From: Nitrososphaerota archaeon
GTDB lineage: Archaea; Thermoproteota; Nitrososphaeria; Nitrososphaerales; UBA213
Length of the DNA stretch: 64,000 nt
Reading direction: 5' to 3'
Assembly: GCA_002713325.1 (NCBI GenBank)
Contig: PAWD01000008.1
Location: forward strand, 192,244 to 256,243
The translations under genes were made by a program, and so were the position numbers. Of the stretch, positions 1-8,723 are shown piece after piece (position 1 is the stretch's first letter; every line of letters starts with the position of its first letter). The notes below the pieces were generated by a model, which saw nothing but the letters and a program-made list of their open reading frames with translations, searched no databases and had not been told where the DNA came from.

Positions 1-534
1 AGAGTTAACCATTTCCCTTATCAGTGGAGCAGTCAAATATGCTGTCTGGTACTTGTAAATCTTATTTTCAACTTCTTCTGTTATCTTCTGCGCAAGTTCC
101 AATGGGACATTTGCTTCCCTTACCAATGACTGAATTATCGTATGAGAATTAAATTCTTTAATTGATTGATTCGAGGTTCTAACATACATCTTTCCTCTCT
201 CAATTATGGAGCGTTCCTCGATCTGCCTAGCAAGGCTAAGAACCAGCTTTCCCAAATTGGTTATTGTATAGCGCCTCTCCGCCTTGTTCAAAGCAACAAG
301 TGATTGGCGTAGTAACTTGCGCAAGTGATAGGCAAATTTTCCACTCTCCTTCTTTGATTTGAAACCTGCCAGCGATTTTAACTCTGAATAGGTCATGGGA
401 CCCTTGGAATTTAATATACGTAAAATGTCAATCCTGTTAGGGCTTGCCATCACGGAAAAGATCATTCGTACACGTCTAGAAGCGGAGTGAAAAACTTCTC
501 CTTTCGTTGTTTCAAGATCGTTACTCAATTCCAT
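1..534 (-). CDS. ArsR-like winged-helix regulator fused to a C-terminal ATP-cone-like domain; the 3' end runs off the window
   Basis: Absent from the ORF track because there is no stop in the window. Hand translation from ATG 532-534 gives MELSNDLETTKGEVFHSASRRVRMIFSVMASPNRIDILRILNSKGPMTYSELKSLAGF...FAYHLRKLL (wHTH). It continues GKMYVRTSNQSIKEFNSHTIIQSLVREANVPLELAQKITEEVENKIY (ATP-cone-like) and stays open to base 1. Confidence 0.6.
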   Translation of the reverse strand, partial: MELSNDLETTKGEVFHSASRRVRMIFSVMASPNRIDILRILNSKGPMTYSELKSLAGFKSKKESGKFAYHLRKLLRQSLVALNKAERRYTITNLGKLVLSLARQIEERSIIERGKMYVRTSNQSIKEFNSHTIIQSLVREANVPLELAQKITEEVENKIYKYQTAYLTAPLIREMVNS

Positions 535-908
535 TTAACCCACATACTAGTTTTCTTTGCTTAAAGTAATTCTGTAAAGAATCTTTGCCTATTTTGGATA
601 ATAAATTCACTCTTTCATTGTTTACGTTGATTAGTTGCAAAATCTAGATCTATTGTTGTTTCTAAGACTCTTCTATATAGGTAGCTCATTTACAAGTGTA
701 TTTACATATACCCTCTAGTTTCTGAATTATCTAAACTGCCAAGTCGTGTTTCTATAGGTGTTAATTTCAGAAATTTTTTATTTAGGATGTCACTTGTGTT
801 CTCCGTATCATCCATAAATTGTTGTTGTTCTTCTTCTTTCTGCATCTTAGGGCGTAAATTGGAAAAATAAAGATGCCAGTTTATGTTGATATGTAAGAAA
901 ATGGTTAA

Positions 909-1070
909 TTAGATCCTCTTAATAGAGATATCAAAATCAGAAGTAGAAAGATTCTGACCGCAAGTAGGACATTTGTTATTAGTAGTTTTTAGTGAGTCCT
1001 TTACTGGCTTCAGAATACGCATTATATGAATAATATCACCGCATTTACCGCATGTTACTTCTAAAGACAC
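909..1070 (-). CDS. Small zinc-ribbon protein (53 aa, GTG start)
   Basis: Hand translation: VSLEVTCGKCGDIIHIMRILKPVKDSLKTTNNKCPTCGQNLSTSDFDISIKRI*. It has two CxxC pairs. It is below the ORF-track size cut-off. Confidence 0.35.
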   Translation of the reverse strand: MSLEVTCGKCGDIIHIMRILKPVKDSLKTTNNKCPTCGQNLSTSDFDISIKRI

Positions 1071-1466
1071 AATAGTACTACATTGTGAAGTTATAAAAAG
1101 TTAGATTTGAATTATTTTTAATTAAACTGTTAATTTGGAGTTCGCTTATGACATTGAAATTATTACTACGATATTATTTTAACTGTTGGAGTTTCGACAA
1201 AATCATATCATCTTCATCATATAATTAGTATGGTTATATGTTTGGTGTATCGGAGTTAGTTATTTCAGTTTTTTCAAACAACTACTTTGATTAACATCTG
1301 ATCTATAATGTAATTCTCTAAATTTTTTATGATTAAAATTAAAACTAAACGGATAAAACCAACAAACGTGTTTATGTTATCACTTGCTTAAATAAAAATA
1401 AAACAAAAGGGTGGGATGAAACTTCTATGAAAGAAAATTTATATTAGATCTTTGGACTAGTACGAT

Positions 1467-1937
1467 ATGAAAATTCTTAATGCAAGTCCTAATTTTGGTT
1501 CTCCTATGACGGAGAATGAAGCAAAGAGTTTTCTCTTAGTTAGTAAATTAAATCTTCTTTTGGGTACTGTAGATGAAAAGGAAGAGCCCAATGTGCACCC
1601 TACATGGTATTACTTTGACGGCAATAAGATCTATGTTGAGACAAGTAAAAGTTCCAAGAAGGCACACAATATGAAGAGAAGGCACACAATTTACTTTTGT
1701 ATAGATGATGAAACAATTCCATACAAGGGAGTTCGTGGTAAAGGTACAGTAAGAATTTCTGAAGATGTTAGGAGCAACATACCAATAGCTGAGAAGATAA
1801 TGCTAAAATATACTGGCAGTCTTGATAATAAGGTAGCAAAGTTCGTAATGGATTCTGTGAAGAGTGGACAGTCAGTAATATTGGAAATAACTCCCAGATA
1901 CTACGCAACGTGGGACCTCAGCAAGATGAAGATATAA
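1467..1937 (+). CDS. Pyridoxamine 5'-phosphate oxidase (PPOX)-family FMN/F420-binding protein
   Basis: 156 aa. The pattern HPTWYYFDGNKIYVETSKSSKKAHNMKRR...KGVRGKGTV is typical of the split-barrel PPOX family. A TATA-like TTTATATTA lies about 25 nt upstream of the ATG. Confidence 0.65.
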   Translation: MKILNASPNFGSPMTENEAKSFLLVSKLNLLLGTVDEKEEPNVHPTWYYFDGNKIYVETSKSSKKAHNMKRRHTIYFCIDDETIPYKGVRGKGTVRISEDVRSNIPIAEKIMLKYTGSLDNKVAKFVMDSVKSGQSVILEITPRYYATWDLSKMKI

Positions 1938-2020
1938 TCACTTCAAATAACATGCTGTTTAGTGATAATGTGTATTGTTTACGACAAAATTATTCCAATT
2001 AAATTGATAATTTTGGTTCA

Positions 2021-2383
2021 CTAATCTAAGGAAAGTATGATGCCTCGTTCATCATAGTCAACTATCTTAACTCTTGCATTTATTGGTAGATTCTTTGGAG
2101 AATTTATTCCAGGTAAGAAACCAGAAATGTTAAAACCAATATCCAATTTCACTACTACCCAAGCGTATGGTTTGAACTTTTCATATTCTTCTGGAGCAAT
2201 GTTCTGTATCGTGTATGTAATAATCTTACCCTTACCTTCCACTTCAACAGTTTCCAAATCTTGCGAGCTACACTTGTTACAGAAGATCGTTGTTGCTAAT
2301 TGTAAATTACCACATTTCTTGCATTTATACGCTAGAACCTTTTTGTTCTTTACTGTCATAATAAATTGTTCTTTGCTGATCAA
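2021..2383 (-). CDS. DUF35 OB-fold/zinc-ribbon protein (thiolase/HMG-CoA synthase scaffold subunit)
   Basis: 120 aa with a CKKCGN...CNKCSS zinc ribbon followed by an OB-like beta segment. It lies 3 nt downstream of the thiolase gene on the same strand. Confidence 0.8.
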   Translation of the reverse strand: MISKEQFIMTVKNKKVLAYKCKKCGNLQLATTIFCNKCSSQDLETVEVEGKGKIITYTIQNIAPEEYEKFKPYAWVVVKLDIGFNISGFLPGINSPKNLPINARVKIVDYDERGIILSLD

Positions 2384-2386
2384 TTC

Positions 2387-3544
2387 CTATACCCTTTTGA
2401 ATATGTGTACTGCACAGCTTGCACCAGTTGCGCCAAAGTTGTGCGTCATGCCAATCTCAGCGTCTTCAACCTGTCGCTGATCAGCTTTCCCAAGTAATTG
2501 TTCATAGACCTCAACTACTTGCCCAATACCAGTTGCGCCTATGGGGTGTCCCTTTGATTTTAATCCACCAGATGGATTTATAGTGATTTCTCCTTGATTT
2601 AATTTCGTCAAACCTTCTCTCACAGCCATTGCAGCAGATCCCTTGTCGAAGAACCCTAGATCTTCTATATCGATCATTTCTGCAATTGTAAAGCAATCAT
2701 GCACTTCTGCAAAGTCAATATTTTTTGGAGTGAGATTTGCCTGTTTGTATGCCTGCTGAGCTGCAGCTCTTGTACTAGGAATTGTTGTGGGATCTTCTCT
2801 CCCCTGCACAGCTGCAGGTGAAGCTCCTCTTCCAGAGCCGATTACTTCTATGTAATCTTCACCGTGTTTCTTAGCAAAATCTTCTGTGCAAAGTATAACT
2901 GCACTGGCACCGTCGGAAAATGGACAACAGTCCAGAAATTTTAATGGACTTGCAACTTCAGGAGAGTTCATCACATCTTCAACTGTAATCTTTTTCTTTA
3001 CATGTGCTTTAGGATTAAAAATCCCATGTTCATGATTCTTTACTGCAACCATCGCTAGATCCTCTTCAGTTGCCTTGTATTTTGTCAAATATGCTCTTGC
3101 CATCGAAGCAAACAATCCTGGAAACGAAGCGCCGCTTCCTCCCTCGTAAAAAAAATCAGAGCAATATGAGAACAACGTGGTAGATCTTCCAGTTCCGGTA
3201 TGTGTAACCTTTTCAACGCCCACGACTAAAATCACATCATAAAATCCGGCCGCAATGTTGGCATATGCTTCTCTGAACGCGACCGATCCACTACCACATG
3301 CTGACTCTATTGTTAAACCTGGAACGTGTGGTAGACCCAAACTACTCATTATTACAGGAGCCAAATGTACCTGATTATCTGCCACACCGAAAACGTTTGA
3401 TATGAAGCCATATTGAATATCACTAGGTTCGATCTTTGAATTCTTGATAGCATCACTTGCAGCATCTACGGCAAGTTCAACAATGCTTTCTTTTAATTTA
3501 CCATATTTAGTGCTACCAACACTTGTAACACAAACTTTGTTCAT
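2387..3544 (-). CDS. Acetyl-CoA C-acetyltransferase (archaeal SCP-x-type thiolase)
   Basis: 385 aa. Carries the active-site region ESACGSGS and the C-terminal NPSGGLKSKGHPIGATG and HNFGATGASCAV thiolase signatures. Confidence 0.9.
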   Translation of the reverse strand: MNKVCVTSVGSTKYGKLKESIVELAVDAASDAIKNSKIEPSDIQYGFISNVFGVADNQVHLAPVIMSSLGLPHVPGLTIESACGSGSVAFREAYANIAAGFYDVILVVGVEKVTHTGTGRSTTLFSYCSDFFYEGGSGASFPGLFASMARAYLTKYKATEEDLAMVAVKNHEHGIFNPKAHVKKKITVEDVMNSPEVASPLKFLDCCPFSDGASAVILCTEDFAKKHGEDYIEVIGSGRGASPAAVQGREDPTTIPSTRAAAQQAYKQANLTPKNIDFAEVHDCFTIAEMIDIEDLGFFDKGSAAMAVREGLTKLNQGEITINPSGGLKSKGHPIGATGIGQVVEVYEQLLGKADQRQVEDAEIGMTHNFGATGASCAVHIFKRV

Positions 3545-3636
3545 GTTGAAACGATCCTCTACACCATATAAAAACGTAGAGTGTAAATTATTATATTTTC
3601 TAAAACTCTTTTAAGTTTAATCACTAACAAATTAAT

Positions 3637-5739
3637 GTGTTAGGCCTAAAGAATTATACTTTAACCATTTGTGAAAAACCTGATACTGCGAGGAAGATAG
3701 CAAAGGCAATTGCCACGGATGATTGTAGGGAAGTTTGGATCGATGGTGTACAAGTTCATATCGCTACTACAAAGGAAAAAACTTTTGTTGTGTGTTATGC
3801 ACTTGGACATCTTTACACATTAGAGGATCCTACTGGAAACAGACATGTCTATCCAGTATTTGAGGTGGAGTGGGTTCCAGTAGAAAAAAAATTCAAGGTT
3901 AAAAACATAATCAAAGTGATAGGTAAACTTGCCAAAGATGCTTCAGACTTTATCAATGCGTGTGATTTTGATCAGGAAGGTGAGGTAATTGGTTACAATA
4001 TTCTAAAATATGCATGTGGAAATAAACAAGAAAAAGCATATAGGGCTAAGTTTTCAATGCTCACAGAAGAAGAATTACGAAATTCCTTTGCGTCAATGAG
4101 GCAAGGGACTGGAATTGGTTTAGCAAAGGCAGGTAGGACAAGGCATGTGCTTGATTTTATCTATGGCGTCAACCTTTCAAGAGCGCTTGTAGAGTCTGTG
4201 TACAAGAGTAGTAAGAGGTTCAGAAATTTAACTATTGGTAGAGTGCAAGGACCAACGCTCTCGTTCGTTATCGAGAGGGAGATAGAGATCAGGAATCATG
4301 TTCCCATCCCATATTGGCAGATAAATGCAAAATTCGAGAAAGATGGTCAAACATTCAACGCACGTTATGAAAAAGAGAAGATTATGAAACTTATAGAAGC
4401 GAAAGAGGTTGTAACTATATGCAAGGAAAAAGATGCTAAAGTTACTAATATCAAATATCTGGAGAAAACACAAGAACCTCCTACACCTTTTAACCTTAGT
4501 GACTTGCAGAGAGAAACGTATAGGTTATTTAGATTTAGTCCAAGTTTTACGTTATCAATCGCTGAGCGATTGTATCTAGACGCATTGATTTCATATCCTA
4601 GAACATCAAGCCAGAAACTTCCTAGATCTATAGATTACAGAAATATAGTCAGGAGTTTGGGTAGTATGGGTGTGTATACAGCTTTAGCCTGTAGTCTTTT
4701 ATGTAAAAGGTTAATTCCTCACGAAGGCAACAAAGACGACCCAGCTCATCCCGCAATATACCCAACTGGAGAAATACCTAGACGTAAGTTGGAGGGACTA
4801 GAATGGAAAGTATATGATCTGATAGTGAAGAGGTTCTTCGCGACTTTTGGTGATTCAGTTATAAGGGAAAATGTTTCTGTTATGATAAACATAAGTGATT
4901 ACAATTTCATTGCAGAAAGCAGAACAACAACAGACTTTGGTTGGATGTCGTACTACAAGCCCTATACTAGCCTTGTAGATATTGAGTTACCCCCAATGCA
5001 AGTCAGTGATACTGTTAAAAACTTGGGAGTTAAGAGTGTAGAAAAATATACACAGTCATCTCCACGTTTCAGCCAAGCGAGTCTAGTTGAGAAGATGGAA
5101 AGAGAAGTGATAGGAACCAAGGCAACTAGGGCTGAAATTGTACACATGTTAATCGAGCGAAACTACATAACTAGAGAGAGTGTAGAGGCTACAGATCTAG
5201 GTTTTGCAGTAGTAGAAATGATGCAAAGATACATGCCCGATATAATAGCAACAGAATTCACCAGAACCGTTGAGAAACAACTTGAAAGTGTTGAGTGTGA
5301 TAAATTTGAGAGTAAAAAAGTCATCGATGGCGCGATTAAAATACTGACCAAATCGTTAAGCAAGTTTAGATCTAAGGAAAGTGAAGTTGGTAAGGAAATT
5401 AGTGATGTGATCGCAAGTAGTGATGTGATCGCAAGTAGTGATGTGATCGCAAGAACGTCTTTTGTGCAGAAACAGGTTGGTTCATGTGTATTATGTAATG
5501 CTGGCATATTACTAATAATAAGATCAAGACAGAGTGGGAAGAGGTTTATTGGTTGTTCAAACTATGAAAAAGGATGTAAGGCTTCAATGCCTTTGCCACA
5601 AACTGGGATTATCAGAACCTCAAAGAAAACTTGTGATAGATGTAAATGGCCTATAGTATTTGTTAAATCAAAAAATAAGCATGTATGGAAAATGTGTGTG
5701 AACATAAACTGTCCGACCAAAAATAAGATTCATAGCTGA
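3637..5739 (+). CDS. topA: DNA topoisomerase, type IA (TopA/Topo III-like) with C-terminal zinc ribbons
   Basis: 700 aa with a GTG start. Shows TOPRIM LTICEKPDTARKIA and DFDQEGE, GRVQGPTL, the catalytic-Tyr motif ISYPRTSSQ, and C-terminal CxxC...CxxC modules. Confidence 0.9.
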   Translation: MLGLKNYTLTICEKPDTARKIAKAIATDDCREVWIDGVQVHIATTKEKTFVVCYALGHLYTLEDPTGNRHVYPVFEVEWVPVEKKFKVKNIIKVIGKLAKDASDFINACDFDQEGEVIGYNILKYACGNKQEKAYRAKFSMLTEEELRNSFASMRQGTGIGLAKAGRTRHVLDFIYGVNLSRALVESVYKSSKRFRNLTIGRVQGPTLSFVIEREIEIRNHVPIPYWQINAKFEKDGQTFNARYEKEKIMKLIEAKEVVTICKEKDAKVTNIKYLEKTQEPPTPFNLSDLQRETYRLFRFSPSFTLSIAERLYLDALISYPRTSSQKLPRSIDYRNIVRSLGSMGVYTALACSLLCKRLIPHEGNKDDPAHPAIYPTGEIPRRKLEGLEWKVYDLIVKRFFATFGDSVIRENVSVMINISDYNFIAESRTTTDFGWMSYYKPYTSLVDIELPPMQVSDTVKNLGVKSVEKYTQSSPRFSQASLVEKMEREVIGTKATRAEIVHMLIERNYITRESVEATDLGFAVVEMMQRYMPDIIATEFTRTVEKQLESVECDKFESKKVIDGAIKILTKSLSKFRSKESEVGKEISDVIASSDVIASSDVIARTSFVQKQVGSCVLCNAGILLIIRSRQSGKRFIGCSNYEKGCKASMPLPQTGIIRTSKKTCDRCKWPIVFVKSKNKHVWKMCVNINCPTKNKIHS
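5401..5454 (+). repeat. In-frame 3 x 18-bp tandem repeat inside topA, encoding SDVIAS-SDVIAS-SDVIAR
   Basis: agtgatgtgatcgcaagt occurs three times head to tail. Only the last base of the third copy differs. Confidence 0.95.
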
Positions 5740-5747
5740 ATATACTT

Positions 5748-6560
5748 TCACTTCCTGAAATGTTTGGAGTAGATGTCACTACGTCTGTTTCTTAATAGTG
5801 GTAATTGTTTCCTAGTGTCATTAATTAGTCTATTACTCAGATCAACAACCTCTAGTCCCTCTCTTTCTTCCATGTCCAAGACTGTTCTCCCTAATGGATC
5901 CACAATCATACTATGCCCAACATAGACGTTACCGATCTGATCTGGGGCAACCACATAACATCCGTTTTCTATAGCTCTAGCTTTTAGCATTGTCTGCCAA
6001 TGTTCAACCTTATTCTCTCCCTGGACCCACGCAGACGGCATTACTAATACATCTGCACCCATCAAAGCAAGTATCCTAGACATTTCAGGAAAACGAACGT
6101 CGTAACAGATCATCATACCAATACTACCGATGTTGGTTCTTACTGGACTGGCCAGTTCTTTTCCTTTTACTAGTTTAGAAGATTCTTTGAAACCAAATGC
6201 ATCGTAAAGATGCAACTTCCTATACACCGAAGATAATTTACCCTTCTTGCTTATCAGCAATGCAGTATCGTAAACTCTATTTCTTATTCTACTTTTTTCG
6301 TATATCGTCGCAATAATGCTTATGGTGTTTCTCTTTGCAATTGTTTTTAATGTTGATACGAATTCACCGTTTATGGTTTCTGCTATTTTTGCAAGTTCAT
6401 TTGCAGTTTGGTCTGGTGGAGAGTATGCCATTAAGAACTCGGGAAAGACAACCAGTTCGGCCTTCTTCGTTTTCGCTTCTCTTACGTACTCTATACCAGA
6501 TTTCAAATTCTTATCTTTTTGCATGGATACTTGCAACTGAACAAGTGCAACTCTACTCAT
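5748..6560 (-). CDS. Carbon-nitrogen hydrolase (nitrilase superfamily amidohydrolase)
   Basis: 270 aa. The Glu-Lys-Cys triad context is present: VVFPEF, RKLHLYD, MMICYDVRFPE. Confidence 0.85.
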   Translation of the reverse strand: MSRVALVQLQVSMQKDKNLKSGIEYVREAKTKKAELVVFPEFLMAYSPPDQTANELAKIAETINGEFVSTLKTIAKRNTISIIATIYEKSRIRNRVYDTALLISKKGKLSSVYRKLHLYDAFGFKESSKLVKGKELASPVRTNIGSIGMMICYDVRFPEMSRILALMGADVLVMPSAWVQGENKVEHWQTMLKARAIENGCYVVAPDQIGNVYVGHSMIVDPLGRTVLDMEEREGLEVVDLSNRLINDTRKQLPLLRNRRSDIYSKHFRK

Positions 6561-6781
6561 GTAACAATCAGGTTTGAATCAAAATAAAAATCTTGGTTAA
6601 CGATCGTTTTTGTCTCTCTTTCCTCTACATGTGTATGTCATCAAGGTTTAGAAACGGATAGGAAAATGTAAATTGTTTAGGATGTTAGTGATTAGGGACA
6701 AACTTGTAGTATAACAACTGATTCTTTACTCTAGAAGTTTAACAGAAACGGTTTTCTTATGGTTTTTATAAAATAGAATAG

Positions 6782-7666
6782 ATGGATTACTTTCTTTACT
6801 GGTTCATGATGCCGTTTTCAATCCTTGTGGCAACAACGGCAACACTTGGTGGTATTGGTGGTGCAGCAATGTTCATACCCTTATTCATAATCTTATTTCC
6901 TCTTTTAGGTCCAGAGTATGCTCTAGTTGGTCCTGTAGCAGCTATTGGCATAGCATTATTAACACAAACTTTTGGTTTTTCATCAGCATTAATAGGTTAC
7001 TTGAGAAGGAGGTTAGTTGACTTCAAGACTGCTAAACCATTCATTGTTATAGGGATTCCTACTGCTGTTATAGGTGCATTTCTATCGCATCTAGCAGATC
7101 CTACCTTGTTGAAGTTCTTCTATGGGATATTAATGCTGGTCCTTGCTTGTTTCCTATTAAAAAAACCCAAACAGAAAGAGATGTACAAAGTTAGTAATGC
7201 ACTGTCTGGAGACTTGAATGTAGGGCAAGAAAGAAAGGTTATCGCAAAAGATGGTAGTGTGTACAATTACCATGTTGTTCGTTTAGGCAACGGCTCCTAC
7301 ATTACTGGTATTGGAGGTTTCATAACAGGCTTGATGTCTGTTGGTATAGGTGAAGTTGTTATGACGCAATTGATAAGAAACTTCAGGGTACCGGTACCAG
7401 TTGCTGCAGCTACCTCTGTATTGATAGTTACACTAACTATCATGTTAGCATCATTCACACATGTTTTATCATTGATATCTGAGGGGGGGTTAGGGGCGGT
7501 TCCTTGGAATTTAGTGATGTACACCATTCCTGGAGTTATAATCGGAGGACAGATAGGAACGAAACTCCAAGGATGTGTGTCTTCGAAAAAAATGGAGAAA
7601 GCAATAGTGATTGTGTTTGTTTTGATAGGGATATCTATGATGTGGGTTGTATGTCAAGGTCTATAA
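6782..7666 (+). CDS. TauE/SafE (TSUP, DUF81) family membrane transporter
   Basis: 294 aa, polytopic. It has two Gly-rich halves (GGIGGAAMFIPL and GIGGFITGLMSVGIGE) typical of TSUP permeases. Confidence 0.75.
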   Translation: MDYFLYWFMMPFSILVATTATLGGIGGAAMFIPLFIILFPLLGPEYALVGPVAAIGIALLTQTFGFSSALIGYLRRRLVDFKTAKPFIVIGIPTAVIGAFLSHLADPTLLKFFYGILMLVLACFLLKKPKQKEMYKVSNALSGDLNVGQERKVIAKDGSVYNYHVVRLGNGSYITGIGGFITGLMSVGIGEVVMTQLIRNFRVPVPVAAATSVLIVTLTIMLASFTHVLSLISEGGLGAVPWNLVMYTIPGVIIGGQIGTKLQGCVSSKKMEKAIVIVFVLIGISMMWVVCQGL

Positions 7667-7715
7667 CTTTGGTATATAGTTTGGAGCTCACTCAACTAGA
7701 ACCAGTTTTGGAAGA

Positions 7716-8141
7716 TTGTCTCGGAAAGAATTTAAGGTTAGAAAAGTAATAACACTCATGTCAGAACTTGAAGAATTAATTATACTTATGCAAGAGAAGG
7801 CTGAAAACAATCTGGTCCTTATAGTTTCAGATAGTAATATCGAATTAAATTTCAAGGAGAAGAGTAATAGAATCTATATTCTTGAAGTAGATGTTGATAC
7901 TCATGCTGCGGGAGGTAGGGGAGGAGGTTTTGGACAGAGAAGGTTCAAGAAGGTTTATGGTTTTGATTATCAAAATGGAATCTGCAACAAAATTCTAGAA
8001 ACTTGTCAAGATCTTGATGAGCTTGATTCTGGTTATGTAGTAAGAATGCCCATAACTCTACCTGATGGAAAAGAAATAATGGCTTCTTGCTCGATCGACT
8101 CGGGTTTGGTGCAGGAATATAATAGAAAGTTTAACAAATGA
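7716..8141 (+). CDS. Hypothetical protein with a GGRGGGFGQRRF (RGG-like) segment
   Basis: 141-aa ORF. The start is more likely the ATG at about 7758 (MSELEEL). I recognise no family. Confidence 0.4.
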   Translation: MSRKEFKVRKVITLMSELEELIILMQEKAENNLVLIVSDSNIELNFKEKSNRIYILEVDVDTHAAGGRGGGFGQRRFKKVYGFDYQNGICNKILETCQDLDELDSGYVVRMPITLPDGKEIMASCSIDSGLVQEYNRKFNK

Positions 8142-8492
8142 TCACGGTAAATGTAATGAAAAATCAAATGGAAAGAAATGGAAAGTTTGTTAAATTATGT
8201 CAAGAATTATTTGATCTATGAAATTTTTAAGCTATGCTGTATTAGTGTGTGTAAACAAGTAAAGATAAAACAAAAGACAAGATAAGAGTTTTACAAGGGT
8301 GGATCAAAGAGTTAAAGCTTACTTGAAATCCGGACCCGGAAACCACCATCTCGTTAAAAGAAAAAGATCTAAAGAGAGAATATGAAGAGGGTGTTGTTGG
8401 TGATTGATAATCAACTATTATGTAGATCATGTAGGATGTAAAATAGATGTTTTTGTGTGTTGAGTTTTATTTGTTATTTATTGAAAATAAAA

Positions 8493-8672
8493 TCAAGTTA
8501 GTTTGTTACCAGCTACATACCAGTTCTCTTTTGGTGTGTCCTGATACACAACTATGATGTGTTCTCTCTTAGAGCCTAAGACTTTTTCTACTGCGTCGGT
8601 AATTGCCTTGGCAAGTTCTTCCTTCTTTTCTGGAGTTCTTCCAGGCCAGAGAGAAATGTTCACTAGAGGCAT
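8493..8672 (-). CDS. 4-oxalocrotonate tautomerase family protein (59 aa)
   Basis: Hand translation: MPLVNISLWPGRTPEKKEELAKAITDAVEKVLGSKREHIIVVYQDTPKENWYVAGNKLT*. It has Pro directly after Met and the beta-alpha-beta tautomerase pattern. It is one residue below the ORF-track cut-off. Confidence 0.7.
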   Translation of the reverse strand: MPLVNISLWPGRTPEKKEELAKAITDAVEKVLGSKREHIIVVYQDTPKENWYVAGNKLT

Positions 8673-8723
8673 GGTTTTGAGGTGAGAATATCATATTTAA
8701 ATGCTGGAATATAATCTATAGAC

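Noticed and set aside
8242-8430. A 62-aa minus-strand ORF in the spacer after the gene at 7716-8141.
   Set aside because: The composition is odd (Ser/Phe-rich), there is no start context, and nothing recognisable. It is probably non-coding.
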